Source: Malacoraja senta
Lineage: Eukaryota
Direction of reading: 5' to 3'
Assembly (NCBI GenBank): GCA_038087875.1
Contig: JAXLNO010000341.1
Span: forward strand, 62,001 to 126,000
Length of the DNA stretch: 64,000 nt
Shown: positions 37,372 to 49,240 of the stretch, one piece after another
Layout: the number at the start of each line of letters is the position of its first letter
Position numbering within the stretch: position 1 is the first letter of the stretch
Made by a program: the position numbers and the translations under genes
The notes under the pieces: generated by a model
Database searches by the model: none
Told to the model about the DNA's origin: nothing
The model's input: only the letters and a program-made list of their open reading frames with translations

Positions 37372-37497
37372 TATTGGCTTGGTATCATTGTAAAAAAATT
37401 ACCCCTAGTGTGTGCAGGGTAGTGTTAATGTGCGGGGATCACTGGTCGTCGAGGACTCAGTGGGACGAAGGGCCTGTTTCCGCGCTGTATCTCTAAA
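37372..37497 (+). mobile_element. HE1 SINE 3' half
   Basis: attggcttggtat...ccctagtgtgtg...gaagggcctgtttccgcgctgtatctctaaa. Confidence 0.8.
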
Positions 37498-37629
37498 TTG
37501 CAAATGAGCTATCAGACACTATAAATTTTATTTTCCCAAACATATTTCTCAGATCAGAGACTCAAGAAATTGCAGATGCTGGAATTTGGAGGAAAAAAAT
37601 GTGGTTTAGTCCAGATAAAGTCATATTTG

Positions 37630-38290
37630 TACAGCATGGAAACAAGCCCTTCGGCCTATCTGCCGAACGGCGACCAAGATACCCATCTACACCTGTCCCA
37701 CCTGCCCACATTTGGCTCGTATCCCTCTAAATCTTTCCTATTCATGTACCTGTCCAAGTGAATTATAAATGTGCTCATAGTATCTGCCTTAACTACCTCT
37801 TCTGGCAGCTTATTCCATACCACCACCTGTGTGGAAAAAGTTGCCCCTCGGTTTCTAATAAATCTTTCCCCTCTCACCTTAAACATATGATCTCCGGTTC
37901 TTCATTCCCCTACTCTAGGTAAAAAAATAATTCCTAGCTATTCCCCTCACAATCTCAACATAAACATCCCAACTTCTATGTTCAATACCCTGACTAATGA
38001 AGGCCAATGTGCCGAGAGCCACCTTGACTACCCTATCTACCTGTGATGACACTTCCAAGGAACAAAGTACCTGCGCACCTGGACCCCTCTGCTCTACAAC
38101 CCTCCCCTGAGCCCTGCCGTTCACTGGGAAAGTCCTGCCCTGGTTTGACTTCCCAAAATGCAACATCTCGCACTTCTCTGAATTAAACTCCATTACCCAT
38201 TCCTCATCTCACTTGCCCAACTGATCAAGATCCTGCTGTAATTTTTGATAACCATTCTCACCATCTATAATACCACCCATTTCAGTGTCT
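37630..38290 (-). mobile_element. CR1 fragment(s)
   Basis: MEFNSEKCEMLHFGKSN and WNKLPEEVV on the minus strand, with an internal deletion. Confidence 0.85.
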
Positions 38291-38294
38291 TTCA

Positions 38295-38790
38295 TCTGGT
38301 CCAGATGAAGGGTCCCAACCCAAAATACTGACTATCGATTTCCATCCACAGATTCTGCCTGACACTCTGATTCCCTGCAGCAGCTCCAATTTTGTTCAGA
38401 ACAACTAGGTAATAGAGTCGGCGAGATGCACAGCATGAAAAGAGATCCTTTGGCCCAACTAATCCATCCATAACTGAACTAGTTCCATTTCATTGTGCCC
38501 AACACAAGGGTTATTTGCTGTTGTTTAACCACAAAGTGCCGGAGTAACTCAGTGGGTCAGGCAGCATCTTTAGAGAACACGGATAGGTGACGTTTCGGGT
38601 TGAGACCCTTTCAAGGGTCAAATAGTTCAGTTAACTTTGAGCAAAGGAAAGACGACAAAAATAGAAATAAGGGTCCCTGGCCCACAACGTGGCCTGTCCA
38701 CGTTCTCCAGAAATGCTGCCTGGCTCGTTGAGTTACTCTAGCACTTTGTCTTTTTTTGTAAACTAGCATCTGCAGTGCCTTGTGTCTTAA
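38295..38790. mobile_element. Cluster of diverged Penelope-terminus elements
   Basis: gatgaagggtcccaacccaaaa at ~38304, and a fold-back copy at 38530-38788. Confidence 0.6.
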
Positions 38791-39679
38791 CTAGCTAATC
38801 TTACTCACTAACACAATATCAAACTCTGCATTTTTGTGGAAATAAATCTGTATATGCAATTGAATATATAATAAGAATAACTGATGACATCTCTTGATGA
38901 GGAAATTGGATGAGGTTGTAGATAGCACTCATTGGCTCAGTGGTTGGTGTTAGACTGGACTTTTTATTAATTGCCGTGAGAAGTTTTCTTTAATTTTGAA
39001 AATAGATTGGAACTAATATTTCAGTTCAAAAAAACAATGAAAAATATTTCTTGCTTGACAAAGGTTTAATTTCTGGACTCTCAATTCTTCAAAAGGAAAC
39101 AAAAGTAGCAGTTTCTCATCTGATTGACCTCGCCATTTTCACCCCTCCACTGACTTTTTGTTTCAGCTGTAGTCTATGATCCTGAGAAATAAACTTGCAT
39201 GGATCTACATATTCCTTGTCTGCACATTCTCACAGTGTTGCAGCTAATTTGTATCACATTTTCACTGGTAACTACCTTTCTTGGAGTTAAAAGGATTAAA
39301 ATATATATTTTTTTACTTTTTTTTAAAATTATGAAGGAGGGAAGTGCTTCTCCTCCCTTTTCTGAAGAGTGTAAATCGATGAGTACACATCAGACTGCAG
39401 CTGCTGTAGTCTGGAGAAGAAAAACAAACTGCTGAAGGAGAGAGGAATTTAAAAAAGGGTCTCGACCTGAAACATCACCCATTCCTTCTCTCCCAGAGAT
39501 GCTGCTTGTCCCACTGAGTTACTCCAGCATTTGGTGTCAAATTGCTGAAGGAACTCGCCAGACGGGGCAGCATCTGTGGAGGTGAGGAATTGTCGAGAGT
39601 GGACTGAAAAGTGCAGTGAAAAGCCACATGAAAAACCTTCTGAGAGAATTAATGCCTGTTGTGCTGTAATCTCAGCACG

Positions 39680-40060
39680 AGTTTAGAAGAATTGAAATGT
39701 ACAGAATAGTGAAAGGCTTGGATAGAGTGGATGTGGAGAGGATGTTTCATCTAGTGGGAAAGTCCAGGACGAGAGGTCGTAGCCTCAGAATTCAAGGACG
39801 TTCTTTTAGGAAGGAGATAAGGAGTAATATGTTTAGTCAAAGGGTGGTGAATCTGTGGAATTTATTCCCACAGAAGGCTGTGGAGGCCAAGTCAGTGGAT
39901 ATATTTAAGGCAGAGATAGATAGATTCTTGATTAGTACGGGTGTCAGGGGTTTTGGGGAGAAGGCAGGAGAATGGGGTTAGGAGGGTGAGATAGATCAGC
40001 CATGATTGAATGGTGTAGACTTGATGGGCCGAATGGCCTAATTCTACTATTCCTTATGAC
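39680..40060 (+). mobile_element. CR1 3' fragment
   Basis: ORF 39697..39981 reads YRIVKGLDRVDVERMF...FSQRVVNLWN. Confidence 0.88.
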
Positions 40061-40401
40061 TTTAAGGCATCTTGAACGCTGGGCTTTTTGTCCCTCAATT
40101 TGTGAAGGAAAAATCTGATCCAGGCCTGCAGATTGCAGACTAAACTTCCCCTATATGTTACTTTGCATCTGATTCCTAGCTTCTGATTTATGGTATCAAT
40201 TTCAATTTTTGGTGAATGGGGGAGTAAAAAACTATTGGTTGCATGATTAACCAAACTGCAAAAAGCTCAAGTTAAAAGAAATTGAGTTATTTTAAATATT
40301 TAAACTTGTGCACATTATATTAATTTACTTCAAGATATTTGTCCCATCGAATAGGGGACAACCTCTAATCTCTGCTCCAGAAGAACCTCCTCTAACTATT
40401 C

Positions 40402-40631
40402 GTGCAGGAAGGAACTGCAGATGCTGGTTTAAACCGAAGATAGACACAAAAAGCTGGAGTAACTCCGCGGGTTTCACAGTATCTCTGGAGAAAAGGAATA
40501 GTTAACGTGTCAGACCCTTCTTCATGAATAGCTGGCGTTTCGGGCCAAGACCCTTCTTCAGTCTAAAGCTATTCCTTTTCACCAGAGATGCTGACTGACC
40601 CGCTGAGTTGCTCCAGCTTTTTGTGTCTATC
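40402..40631. mobile_element. Fold-back Penelope-terminus element
   Basis: Minus arm ggaactgcagatgctggtttaaaccgaagatagacac..., a duplicated gacccttcttca at the centre, and a plus arm ending ttgtgtctatc. Confidence 0.75.
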
Positions 40632-40914
40632 CTGTAACAATCCTTCAGTTGGTGGTTAAGCCCTGAATAGAGTGCCTTAAATTTAGCTCTTGTGAATTCA
40701 CCCATACATCGTATCCTCCTTAAAATCATTTCTCTAAGCTAGAATGCTGGTTATTAGGCATTAACTCATTATTGAAATATGAAGGTATGTATTTTTTTTA
40801 TATCTCTACACTTCAATGTCATCTTGGCTTCATTGGTGTAATAATGAAAGAAGTGATCCATTCCAGGGTCAACCTCCCAAATGAACATGTATCTTATCTA
40901 GGTTGAGCCTTCCG

Positions 40915-41170
40915 GTATCATAATCATAATCATCATAATAATAATCATAATAATCATAATCATACATTATTAACCAAGTTTGTTTTGCAACTTAAGGGGA
41001 ATTTGATTTGCCATACAGTCATACCTATAAAAAGCAACACAATGCACAAAATACATTTTAACATGAACATCTACCACAGTGACCTCCACATTCCTCACTG
41101 TGATGGAAGGCGAAAACAAAGTTCAATCTCTTCCCTTCATTGTTCTCCGTCAGGGGTCTCGAGCCCTTTT
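40915..41170 (-). repeat. SINE-like element with hairpin module, Rex-type tail and (TCATAA)n microsatellite end
   Basis: (tcataa)n, then ttaaccaagt...gaatttgatttgccatacagtcatacc, then ccacagtgacctccacattcctcactgtgatggaaggc. Confidence 0.65.
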
Positions 41171-41352
41171 ATCACCCACCTTTTATAAGAAGTATTAAAA
41201 CAAGGAGCACAAACCTGGTAATAGTAGGAATTATTGCAGTATTTAAGAAATGGGATGGTCTCATAGAAACATAGAAAATAGGTGCAGGAGTAGGCCATTC
41301 TGCCCTTCGAGCCTGCACCGCCATTCAATATGATCATGGCTGATCATCCAAC

Positions 41353-44208
41353 TCAGTATCCTGTACCTGCTTTCTCTCCATACCCCCTGATCCCTTTAGC
41401 CACAAGGGCCACATCTAACTCCCTCTTAAATATAGCCAATGAACTGGCCACAACTACCTTCTGTGGCAGAGAATTCCAGAGATTCACCACTCTCTGTGTG
41501 AAAAATGTTTTCCTCATCTCGGTCCTAAAAGATTTCCCCCTTTTCCTTAAACTGTGACCCCTTGTTCTGGACTTCCCCAACATCGGGAACAATCTTCCTG
41601 CATCTAGCCTGTCCAACCCTTAAGAATTTTGTAAGTTTCTATAAGATCACCCCTCAATCTTCTAAATTCTAGCGAGTACAAACCGAGTCTATCCAGTCTT
41701 TCTTCATATTAAAGTCCAGACATCCCAGGAATCAGTCTGGTGAACCTTCTCTGTATTCCCTCTATGGCAAGAATGTCTTTCCTCAGATTAGGAGACCAAA
41801 ACTGTACGCAATACTCCAGGTGTGGTCTCACCAAGACCCTGTACAACTGCAGTAGAACCTCCCTGCTCCTATACTCAAATCCTTTTGCTATGAATGCTAA
41901 CATACCATTCGCCTTCTTCACTGCCTGCTGCACCTGCATGCCTACTTTTAATGACTGGTGTACCATGACACCCAGGTCCCGTTGCATCTCCCCTTTTCCT
42001 AATCGGCCACCATTCAGATAATAGTCTACTTTCCTGTTTTTGCCACCTAAGTGGATAACCTCACATTTATCCACATTATACTGCATCTGCCATGCATTTG
42101 CCCAGTCACCCAGCCTATCCAAGTCACCTTGCAGCCTCCGAGCATCCTCCTCACAGCTAACACTGCCCCCCAGCTTCGTGTCATCCGCAAACTTGGAGAT
42201 GTTGCATTCAATTCCCTCGTCCAAATCATTAATATATATCGTAAATAGCTGGGGTCCCAGCACTGAGCCTTGCGGTACCCCACTAGTCACTGCCTGCCAT
42301 TGTGAAAAGGACCCGTTTACTCCTACTCTTTGCTTCCTGTCTGCCAGCCAGTTCTCTATCCACATCAATACTGAACCCCCAATACCGTGTGCTTTAAGTT
42401 TGTATACTAATCTCTTATGTGGGACCTTGTCGAAAGCCTTCTGAAAGTCCAGATATAACACATCCACTGGTTCTCCCTTATCCACTCTACTAGTTACATC
42501 CTCGAAAAATTCTATAAGATTCGTCAGACATGATTTACCTTTCATAAATCCATGCTGACTTTGACCAATGATTTCACCACTTGCCAAATGTGCTGCTATC
42601 CCATCTTTAATAACTGATTCTAGCAGTTTTCCCACTACCGACGTTAGACGAACTGGTCTGTAATTCCCCGTTTTCTCTCCCCCTCCCATTTTAAAAAGTG
42701 GGGTTACATTAGCTACCCTCCAATCCTCAGGAACTACTCCAGAATCTAAAGAGATTTGAAAAATTATCACTAATGCATCCACTATTTCTGGGGCTACTTC
42801 CTTGAGTACTCTGGGATGCAGCCTATCTGGCCCTGGGGATTTATCGGCCTTTAATCCATTGAATTTACCTAACACCACTTCCCGGCTTTCACTCAGTTCC
42901 CTGAAATCACTGGATTTCACTCAGTTCCACCATCTCATTTGACCCCCAGTCCCCTGCTATTTCCGGCAGATTATTTATGTCTTCCTTAGTGAAGACAGAA
43001 CCAAAGTAGTTATTCAATTGGTCTGCCATGTCCTTGTTCCCCATGATCAATTCACCTGTTTCTGACTGCAAGGGACCTACATTTGTTTTAATTAATCTTT
43101 TTCTCTTCACATATCTATAAAATCTTTTGCAGTCAGTTTTTATGTTCCCTGCCAGTTTTCTTTCATAATCTATTTTCCCTTTCCTAATTAAGCCCTTTGT
43201 CCTCCTCTGCTGGACTCTGAATTTCTCCCAGTCCTCTGGTAGGCTGCTTTTTCTGGCTAATTTGTACGCTTCATCTTTTGTTTTGATACTATCCCTGATT
43301 TCCCTTGTTATCCACGGATGCACTACCTTCCCTGATTTATTTTTTTACCAAACTGGGAGGAATTGTTGTAGTTCATCCATGCAGTCTTTAAATGCCTTCC
43401 ATTGCATATCTACCATCAACCCATTAAGAATCAATTGCCAGTCTATCTTGGCCAATTCACTTCTCATACCCTCAAAGTTACCTTTCTTTAAGTTCAGGAC
43501 CCTTGTTTCTGAATTAACAATATCACTCTCCATCCTAATGAAGAACTCAACCATATTATGGTCACTCTTGCCCAAGGGGCCACGCACAACAAGACTGCTA
43601 ACTAACCCTTCCTCATTACTCAATACCCAATCTAGAATAGCCGGCTCTCTCGTTGGTTCCTCTACATGTTGGTTTTGAAAACATTCCCGCATACATTCCA
43701 GGAAATCCTCTTCCTCAGCACCTTTGCCAATTTGATTCACCCAATCTATATGTAGATTGAAGTCACCCATTATAACTGTTTTACCTTTGTTGCACGCATT
43801 TCTAATTTCCTGTTTGATGCCATCCCCAACTCCACTACTACTGTTAGGTGGCCTGTACACAACTCCCACTAGCGTTTTCTGCCCCTTAGTGTTTTGCAGC
43901 TCTACCCATATCGATTCCACATCCTCCAAGCTAATGTCCTTCCTTTCTATTGCGTTAATCTGCTCTCTAACCAGCAACGCTACCCCACCTCCTTTCCCTT
44001 TCTGTCTATCCCTCCTGAATATTGAATATCCCTGGATGTTCAGCTCCCAGCCTTGGTTACCCTGGAGCCATGTCTCCGTGATCCCAACTATATCATATTC
44101 ATTAATAGCTATCTGCACATTCAACTCATCCACCTTATTACGAATGCTCCTTGCATTGAGACACAAAGCCTTCAGGCTTGTTTTTACAACACTGTTACCC
44201 TTATACAA
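41353..44208 (-). pseudogene. CR1 ORF2 (APE endonuclease and reverse transcriptase), disrupted
   Basis: LNARSIRNK, GITETWL, GDFN, SDH (APE); [36 protein letters not shown] (RT). Split into at least four ORFs, with breaks near 43340, 42910, 41709 and 41620. Confidence 0.92.
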
Positions 44209-44398
44209 TTATGTTGAAAAGTAGCCCTTTTTGATTTTTGACCTGGATTTGTCTGCCTGCCACTTTTACTTTTCACCTTGCTACCTATTGCTTCTACCCT
44301 CATTTTACACCCCTCTGTCTCTACGCTTACACATTTAAGAAACCCTTTCCCTTTAACTTCATCCTCAACTATCCAATTCGACACCCCACCCCCCTTAT

Positions 44399-45307
44399 TC
44401 AGTTTAAAACCACCCGTGTAGCAGTGGCAAACCTGCCTGCCAGAATGCTGGTCCCCCACCTGTTAAGATGCAATCCGTCCCTTTTGTACAGTTCCCTTTT
44501 ACTCAAAAACAGATCCCAGTGATCTAAGAATCTAAATCCCTGCCCCGTGCACCAGTTCCTCAGCCACACATTCAGGTCCCGTATCTCCCTGTTCCTGCTC
44601 TCGCCAACACGAGGAACTGGAAGCAAACCGGAGATAACAACCCTGGAGGTCCTGCTTTTCAGCATTTTTCCGAGCTCTCTAAAGTCACGCTGCAGAATAT
44701 TCATCCCCTTCTTTCCGACATCGTTTGTGCCGACATGCACTACCACTTCCGGCTGTTCACCTTCGCCCTTGAGGATTTTCTGCACTCTGTCCGTGACATC
44801 CTGGATCCTGGCACCAGGAAGGCAGCACACCATCCTCGAATCCCGTCTGTTGCAGCAGAAACCCCTGTCCGTACCTCTCACAATGGCGTTGCCTGACTTT
44901 GGCCTTTTTGGTTTTGGCTCAACAGCCCTATTCGCATCGCAAGCCAGTCTGCCGCTCAGTGTTAAAACGTCTTCTGTCCCGACAGCTTCTAAGTGGGTGA
45001 ATCTGTTCACAAGAGGTACAACACCCGGGGACGTTTGCATTCCATGCTTCCCTCCCTTTCTCACTGTCTCGCACCTTCTCTCTTCCAGTACCTTAGGTGT
45101 AACAATCTTACTGTAGGACTTGTCGAGGAACGACTCCATTTCTCGGACAAACCTGAGGTCATCCACTTGCTTCTCCAGTTCCCCAACACGGTCCTTCAGG
45201 AGCTGTACCTGGATGCATTTGTCACATTTGTAGCAGCCAGAGGCACCAGCAGTGTCCTTGACCTCCCACATACTGCAAGCATCACACTGAATCAGCTTGC
45301 CTGACAT
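44399..45307 (-). CDS. CR1 ORF1 protein (CxxC...CxxC zinc finger, coiled coil, SGNH-esterase-like domain), 302 aa from the first ATG
   Basis: MSGKLIQCDACSMW...YKCDKC, LKDRVGELEKQVDDL, CLPGA, HVGTND, DGLHLN. The frame is open but the block I GDS motif is absent. Confidence 0.85.
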   Translation of the reverse strand: MSGKLIQCDACSMWEVKDTAGASGCYKCDKCIQVQLLKDRVGELEKQVDDLRFVREMESFLDKSYSKIVTPKVLEERRCETVRKGGKHGMQTSPGVVPLVNRFTHLEAVGTEDVLTLSGRLACDANRAVEPKPKRPKSGNAIVRGTDRGFCCNRRDSRMVCCLPGARIQDVTDRVQKILKGEGEQPEVVVHVGTNDVGKKGMNILQRDFRELGKMLKSRTSRVVISGLLPVPRVGESRNREIRDLNVWLRNWCTGQGFRFLDHWDLFLSKRELYKRDGLHLNRWGTSILAGRFATATRVVLN

Positions 45308-45417
45308 CTCCTTCTTTCGTCTCTCCCTCTGCAGTGTTTTGCGTAGCCTCCTCGCCGAAGACTCTCGAGCCAAAGACTCACACTTTTCATACAGGGCACT
45401 TCCCTCACTGCCGCTCC

Positions 45418-45719
45418 CATAGACTCATAGACAATAGGTGCAGGAGTAGGCCATTCGGCCCTTCACTGCAGCGCCAGCACCGCCATTCCCTTTGATCATG
45501 GCTGATCATCCACATTCAGTACCCTGTTCCTGCCTTCTCACCATATCCCCTGACACCGCTATCTTTAAGAGCTCTATCTAACTCTCGCTTGAAAGCATCC
45601 AGAGAATTGGCCTCCACTGCCTTCAGAGAATTCTACAGATTCACAACTCTCTGAGTAAAAAGGTTTTTCCTCATCTCCGTTCTATATGGCCTACCCATTA
45701 TTCTTAAACTGTGGCCCCT
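45418..45719 (-). mobile_element. Older CR1 3' fragment into whose tail the full-length CR1 inserted
   Basis: A CR1 tail directly abuts the 5' end of the full-length copy. ggatggtMtcatag at 41253-41266 and 45720-45733 brackets both elements. Confidence 0.8.
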
Positions 45720-46004
45720 GGATGGTATCATAGTGTTTAGGCAGCTTGGCTTTCTGAGAGAGAGAGGAGCTTTCATAGTGTTTAGTCAGTTTAGCTTTCT
45801 AGGCTTTCTGAAGTAATCAGCATAAGTAGTTCATATAGTCATTCACTTCTTTGCTGATTTGTTATGTAAACTGTGCACAATTATGCACAATGCCTTGGGC
45901 CATGCAAATGAATTCCTAATCCATAGGGTTTGGAGACTATCTCTTTCCAACTATGGCAAACTATGGCAGATTGTATCTCAACCTGACATTCCTACACGTG
46001 ATTG

Positions 46005-46221
46005 ACACAAAAACCTGGAGTAACTCAGCGGGACAGGCAGCATCTCTGGAGAGAAGGAATGGGTGATGTTTTGGGTCTCGACCCTTCTTGAGACTGGAGA
46101 AGGGTCTCGACCCGAAACGTCACCCATTCCTTCTCTCCAGAAATGCTGCCTGTCCAACTGAGTTGCTCCAGGTTTTTGAGTCTATCTTTGGTTTAAACCA
46201 GCATCTGCAGTTCCTTCCTAC
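46005..46221. mobile_element. Fold-back Penelope-terminus element with 19-bp TSD
   Basis: acattcctacacgtgattg at 45986-46004 and 46222-46240. Inverted arms of ~90 bp meet at the hammerhead-like core. Confidence 0.88.
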
Positions 46222-46469
46222 ACATTCCTACACGTGATTGTTGGAATTGTGGAAAGGTTTCAATTCCCCTCCCCGACGATGGCTTATTTTTGACTTGTTT
46301 GGGATCTGGATACAACTTGCAACTTTTGTTATTCATTCCTAATTACCTCTTAAACTACTGTGCCATTTCAGTAGACCTTCGAAAGACAGCCACATTGACT
46401 GGAGTCATGTAATGGCCTAACCAGGTGAGGATAGTAAATGTCCTCATCTAAAGCACCAGCATAATCCTG

Positions 46470-46790
46470 TACAGTGGTGCAGCGAATAGTGCTGCTAACC
46501 TTTCAGTGCACGCGACCCAGATTCACTCCTCACATCCCGGGGCTGTACGTACGGCATTTGCACTTTCTCCCTGTGATTGCGTGAGTTTCCTCACGGCGCG
46601 CCATATTTCCCCCATATTCCAATGACATGGGTTAGTAAGTAAAGTGGCTGCTGTAGCTTATTCCTCGTGTGTATGGAGTGGTTGCACGTGGGGGAGCAAT
46701 TGATGTGGAGTGAATGGGCTATGGGGAAAATTTAACAGGCGAATGGGAATGCTCTGAGAGGTGTTGGGCCGAATGGCCTCCTATGCAGTC
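46470..46790 (+). mobile_element. Old diverged V-SINE
   Basis: acagtggtgcagcg...tgctgct head, tttctccctgtgattgcgtgagtttcctc V-domain, gggccgaatggcctcct tail. Confidence 0.6.
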
Positions 46791-47196
46791 AGGAAATATG
46801 TAAGTGAATCAGATGGGTTTTTGCAGTTACCCAACTGTTTTTGTTTGTGATTTACCATTAGTAAAGATTCGGTCATTTTAATTGCATTTCTGCCCTGTTG
46901 GAATTTGAACTTGAGTATCTCAATTGTTAGTCCAAGTATCTGACTTACTAATTGGAGCGAAAAAGCTGCAGGTGCTGGAATTAAAATAAAAACATGGCCA
47001 AGATAACAATTACATTTAGAAAAAAGCTATTTGAGTTCGATGCAAAAAGTAACAAATTGAACCAAAAATGTGCAGCCACATCTGCGGAGAGAGTAAAAGA
47101 GTTGAATTTGTGGTTGTGTTGTAAAGGTAACAACATGCCGAGAAGGAAGATGTTGAACATTGTTGGACCAACATCAATGCCGAACATAGGTTTGAG

Positions 47197-47295
47197 GAAG
47201 ATAGACACAAAATGCTGGAGTAACTCAGCGGGTCAGGCAGCATCTCTGGGGAGAAGGTATAGGTGATGTTTCGGGTCGAGATCCTTCTTCAGACT
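47197..47295 (-). mobile_element. Penelope-terminus element
   Basis: Reverse complement of agtctgaagaaggatctcgacccgaaacatcacc...tgtgtctatctt. Confidence 0.8.
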
Positions 47296-47472
47296 TAGCA
47301 ACTAGCTTTGCTCTTTCATCAGGCATCATCAGGAGTAGCAAATTAAAACAGATTATGAATTTGGATACATCATTGTATCTGCAAGCATTTTACTTGGCAT
47401 CTTGTTCGGCATGGACATTGTGGGCCATAGGGCTTGTTCCTGTGCTCTACTGTTCTGTGTTGCTCAAAAGCA

Positions 47473-48646
47473 ACCACTTGGACAACAAAAACTCATATGT
47501 CAGGCTGTTATTCATCGATTACAGCTCGGCATTTAACACAATCATCCCCTCCAAGCTGGTTACCAAACTCGCAGAACTGGGTCTCTTCGCATCCCTCTGC
47601 AATTGGATCCTCGACTTCCTCACTCTCAGACCACAGTCTGTTCGTATTGGTGGAAATGTGTCAGACTCGATAACAATTAGCACGGGAGCACCTCAAGGCT
47701 GCGTGCTCAGTCCCCTGCTGTACTCACTCTATACTCATGACTGCGTAGCCGGACATAGTGCGAACTCCATCATCAAGTTCGCTGATGACACCACTGTTGT
47801 GGGACGTATCACTGATGGGGATGAGTCAGAGTATAGAAGAGAGATCGAGCAACTGTCCATATGGTGCCAGCACAACAACCTGGCCCTCAACACCAGCAAA
47901 ACCAAGGAACTGATTGTGGACTTTGGAAGGAGTAGGATGGGGACCCACAGTCCCGTTTATATCAACGGGTCGATGGTTGAAAGGGTCAAGAGCTTCAAAT
48001 TCCTGGGCGTGCACATCTCTGAAGATCTTTCCTGGTCCGAGAACAATGATGCCATTATTAAGAAAGCACATCAGCGCCTCTACTTCCTGAGAAGATTACG
48101 GAGAGTCGGTTTGTCAAGGAGGACTCTCTCTAACTTCTACAGGTGCACAGTAGAGAGCATGCTGACCGGTTGCATCGTGGCTTGGTTCGGCAACTTGAGT
48201 GCCCTGGAGAGGAAAAGACTACAAAAAGTAGTAAACACTGCCCAGTCCATCATCGGCTCTGACCTCCCTTCCATCGAGGGGATCTACCACAGTCGCTGCC
48301 TCAAAAAGGCTGGCAGCATCATCAAGGACCCACACCATCCTGGCCACACACTCATCTCCCTACTACCTTCAGGTAGAAGGTACAGGAGCCTGAAGACTGC
48401 AACGACCAGGTTCAGGAACAGCTACTTCCCCACAGCCATCAGGCTATTAAACCTGGCTCGGACATAACACTGAACTTTACTAGCCAATACTGTTATTTGC
48501 ACTTTATCAGTATATTGACCATTGTGTATATATTTATAGAATGCCTTGTAGTAAATGCCTACTATGTTCTGTTGTGCTCAAGCAAAGCAAGAATTTCATT
48601 GTCCTACCAGGGACACATGACAATAAACTCACTTGACTTGACTTGA
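47473..48646 (+). mobile_element. Young Rex1/Babar-type LINE, 5'-truncated, RT C-terminal part uninterrupted
   Basis: [59 protein letters not shown] and LPSGRRYR open to a stop at 48467. Tail gacaataaac followed by (acttg)n. Confidence 0.92.
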
Positions 48647-49240
48647 ACACTCTAAGTCTTTGGCAGTATCTGGTGTTCTCGTAAAGCTGATCGTGTCATT
48701 CCAACTCAGTAAATTCTCATATTCCACTTTTAAACCAATCTATTTTATCCTGTGTGATTTATGGGTTATGCATCAACAAGTGGTTTATATCAGCGAATCG
48801 TGGTCATTAGGGATATATTTTCTATCTGTCTAAATTTACTTTTGAGATTATATTAATTATTTATCCTTATTTCTGGCTTGTTAAAATGATCCATCACCAT
48901 TTAATTATTATTTAAAAACGACATGGCTTTTTGGTTTGCGCCATCTGAAATAATTTGAGGTGATAACTGAAGTAAAATTATATATTTTGATATAGCTCTT
49001 TTCATGTTCACAAATTATTCTCTGTAACAATGAAATACTTTTGAACTGCAATCACTACATAATACAATATTTAACTTTTGCATGTTTTAAACTATTAAAG
49101 AAAATTTATTCAATTGGACATTTGTTTCTGTCGACTACATGCTATTTTAGTATCCATGGGCAAGAACCTTTGAAATACTTTTGAGAAAATTGTTCAGTTT
49201 AATATTTCTTGTTACATGTGGCTGTATAATTTATTGCAGG

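Larger units (their letters stand above)
41263..45417 (-). mobile_element. Full-length CR1 (HER1-type) LINE, ~4.15 kb
   Basis: 5' UTR, ORF1 (zinc finger, coiled coil, esterase), ORF2 (APE endonuclease and RT), and a 3' tail ending in ttctatgt repeats. Confidence 0.95.

Noticed and set aside
41740..45304. Plus-strand ORFs antisense to CR1
   Set aside because: Shadow ORFs of the LINE coding strand. The same shadows recur opposite the other CR1 copy.
47355..48467. 370-aa ATG-initiated ORF as a host or domesticated gene
   Set aside because: The first ~39 codons are flanking DNA fortuitously in frame with a 5'-truncated Rex-type RT. There is no endonuclease domain and no splice or promoter evidence.
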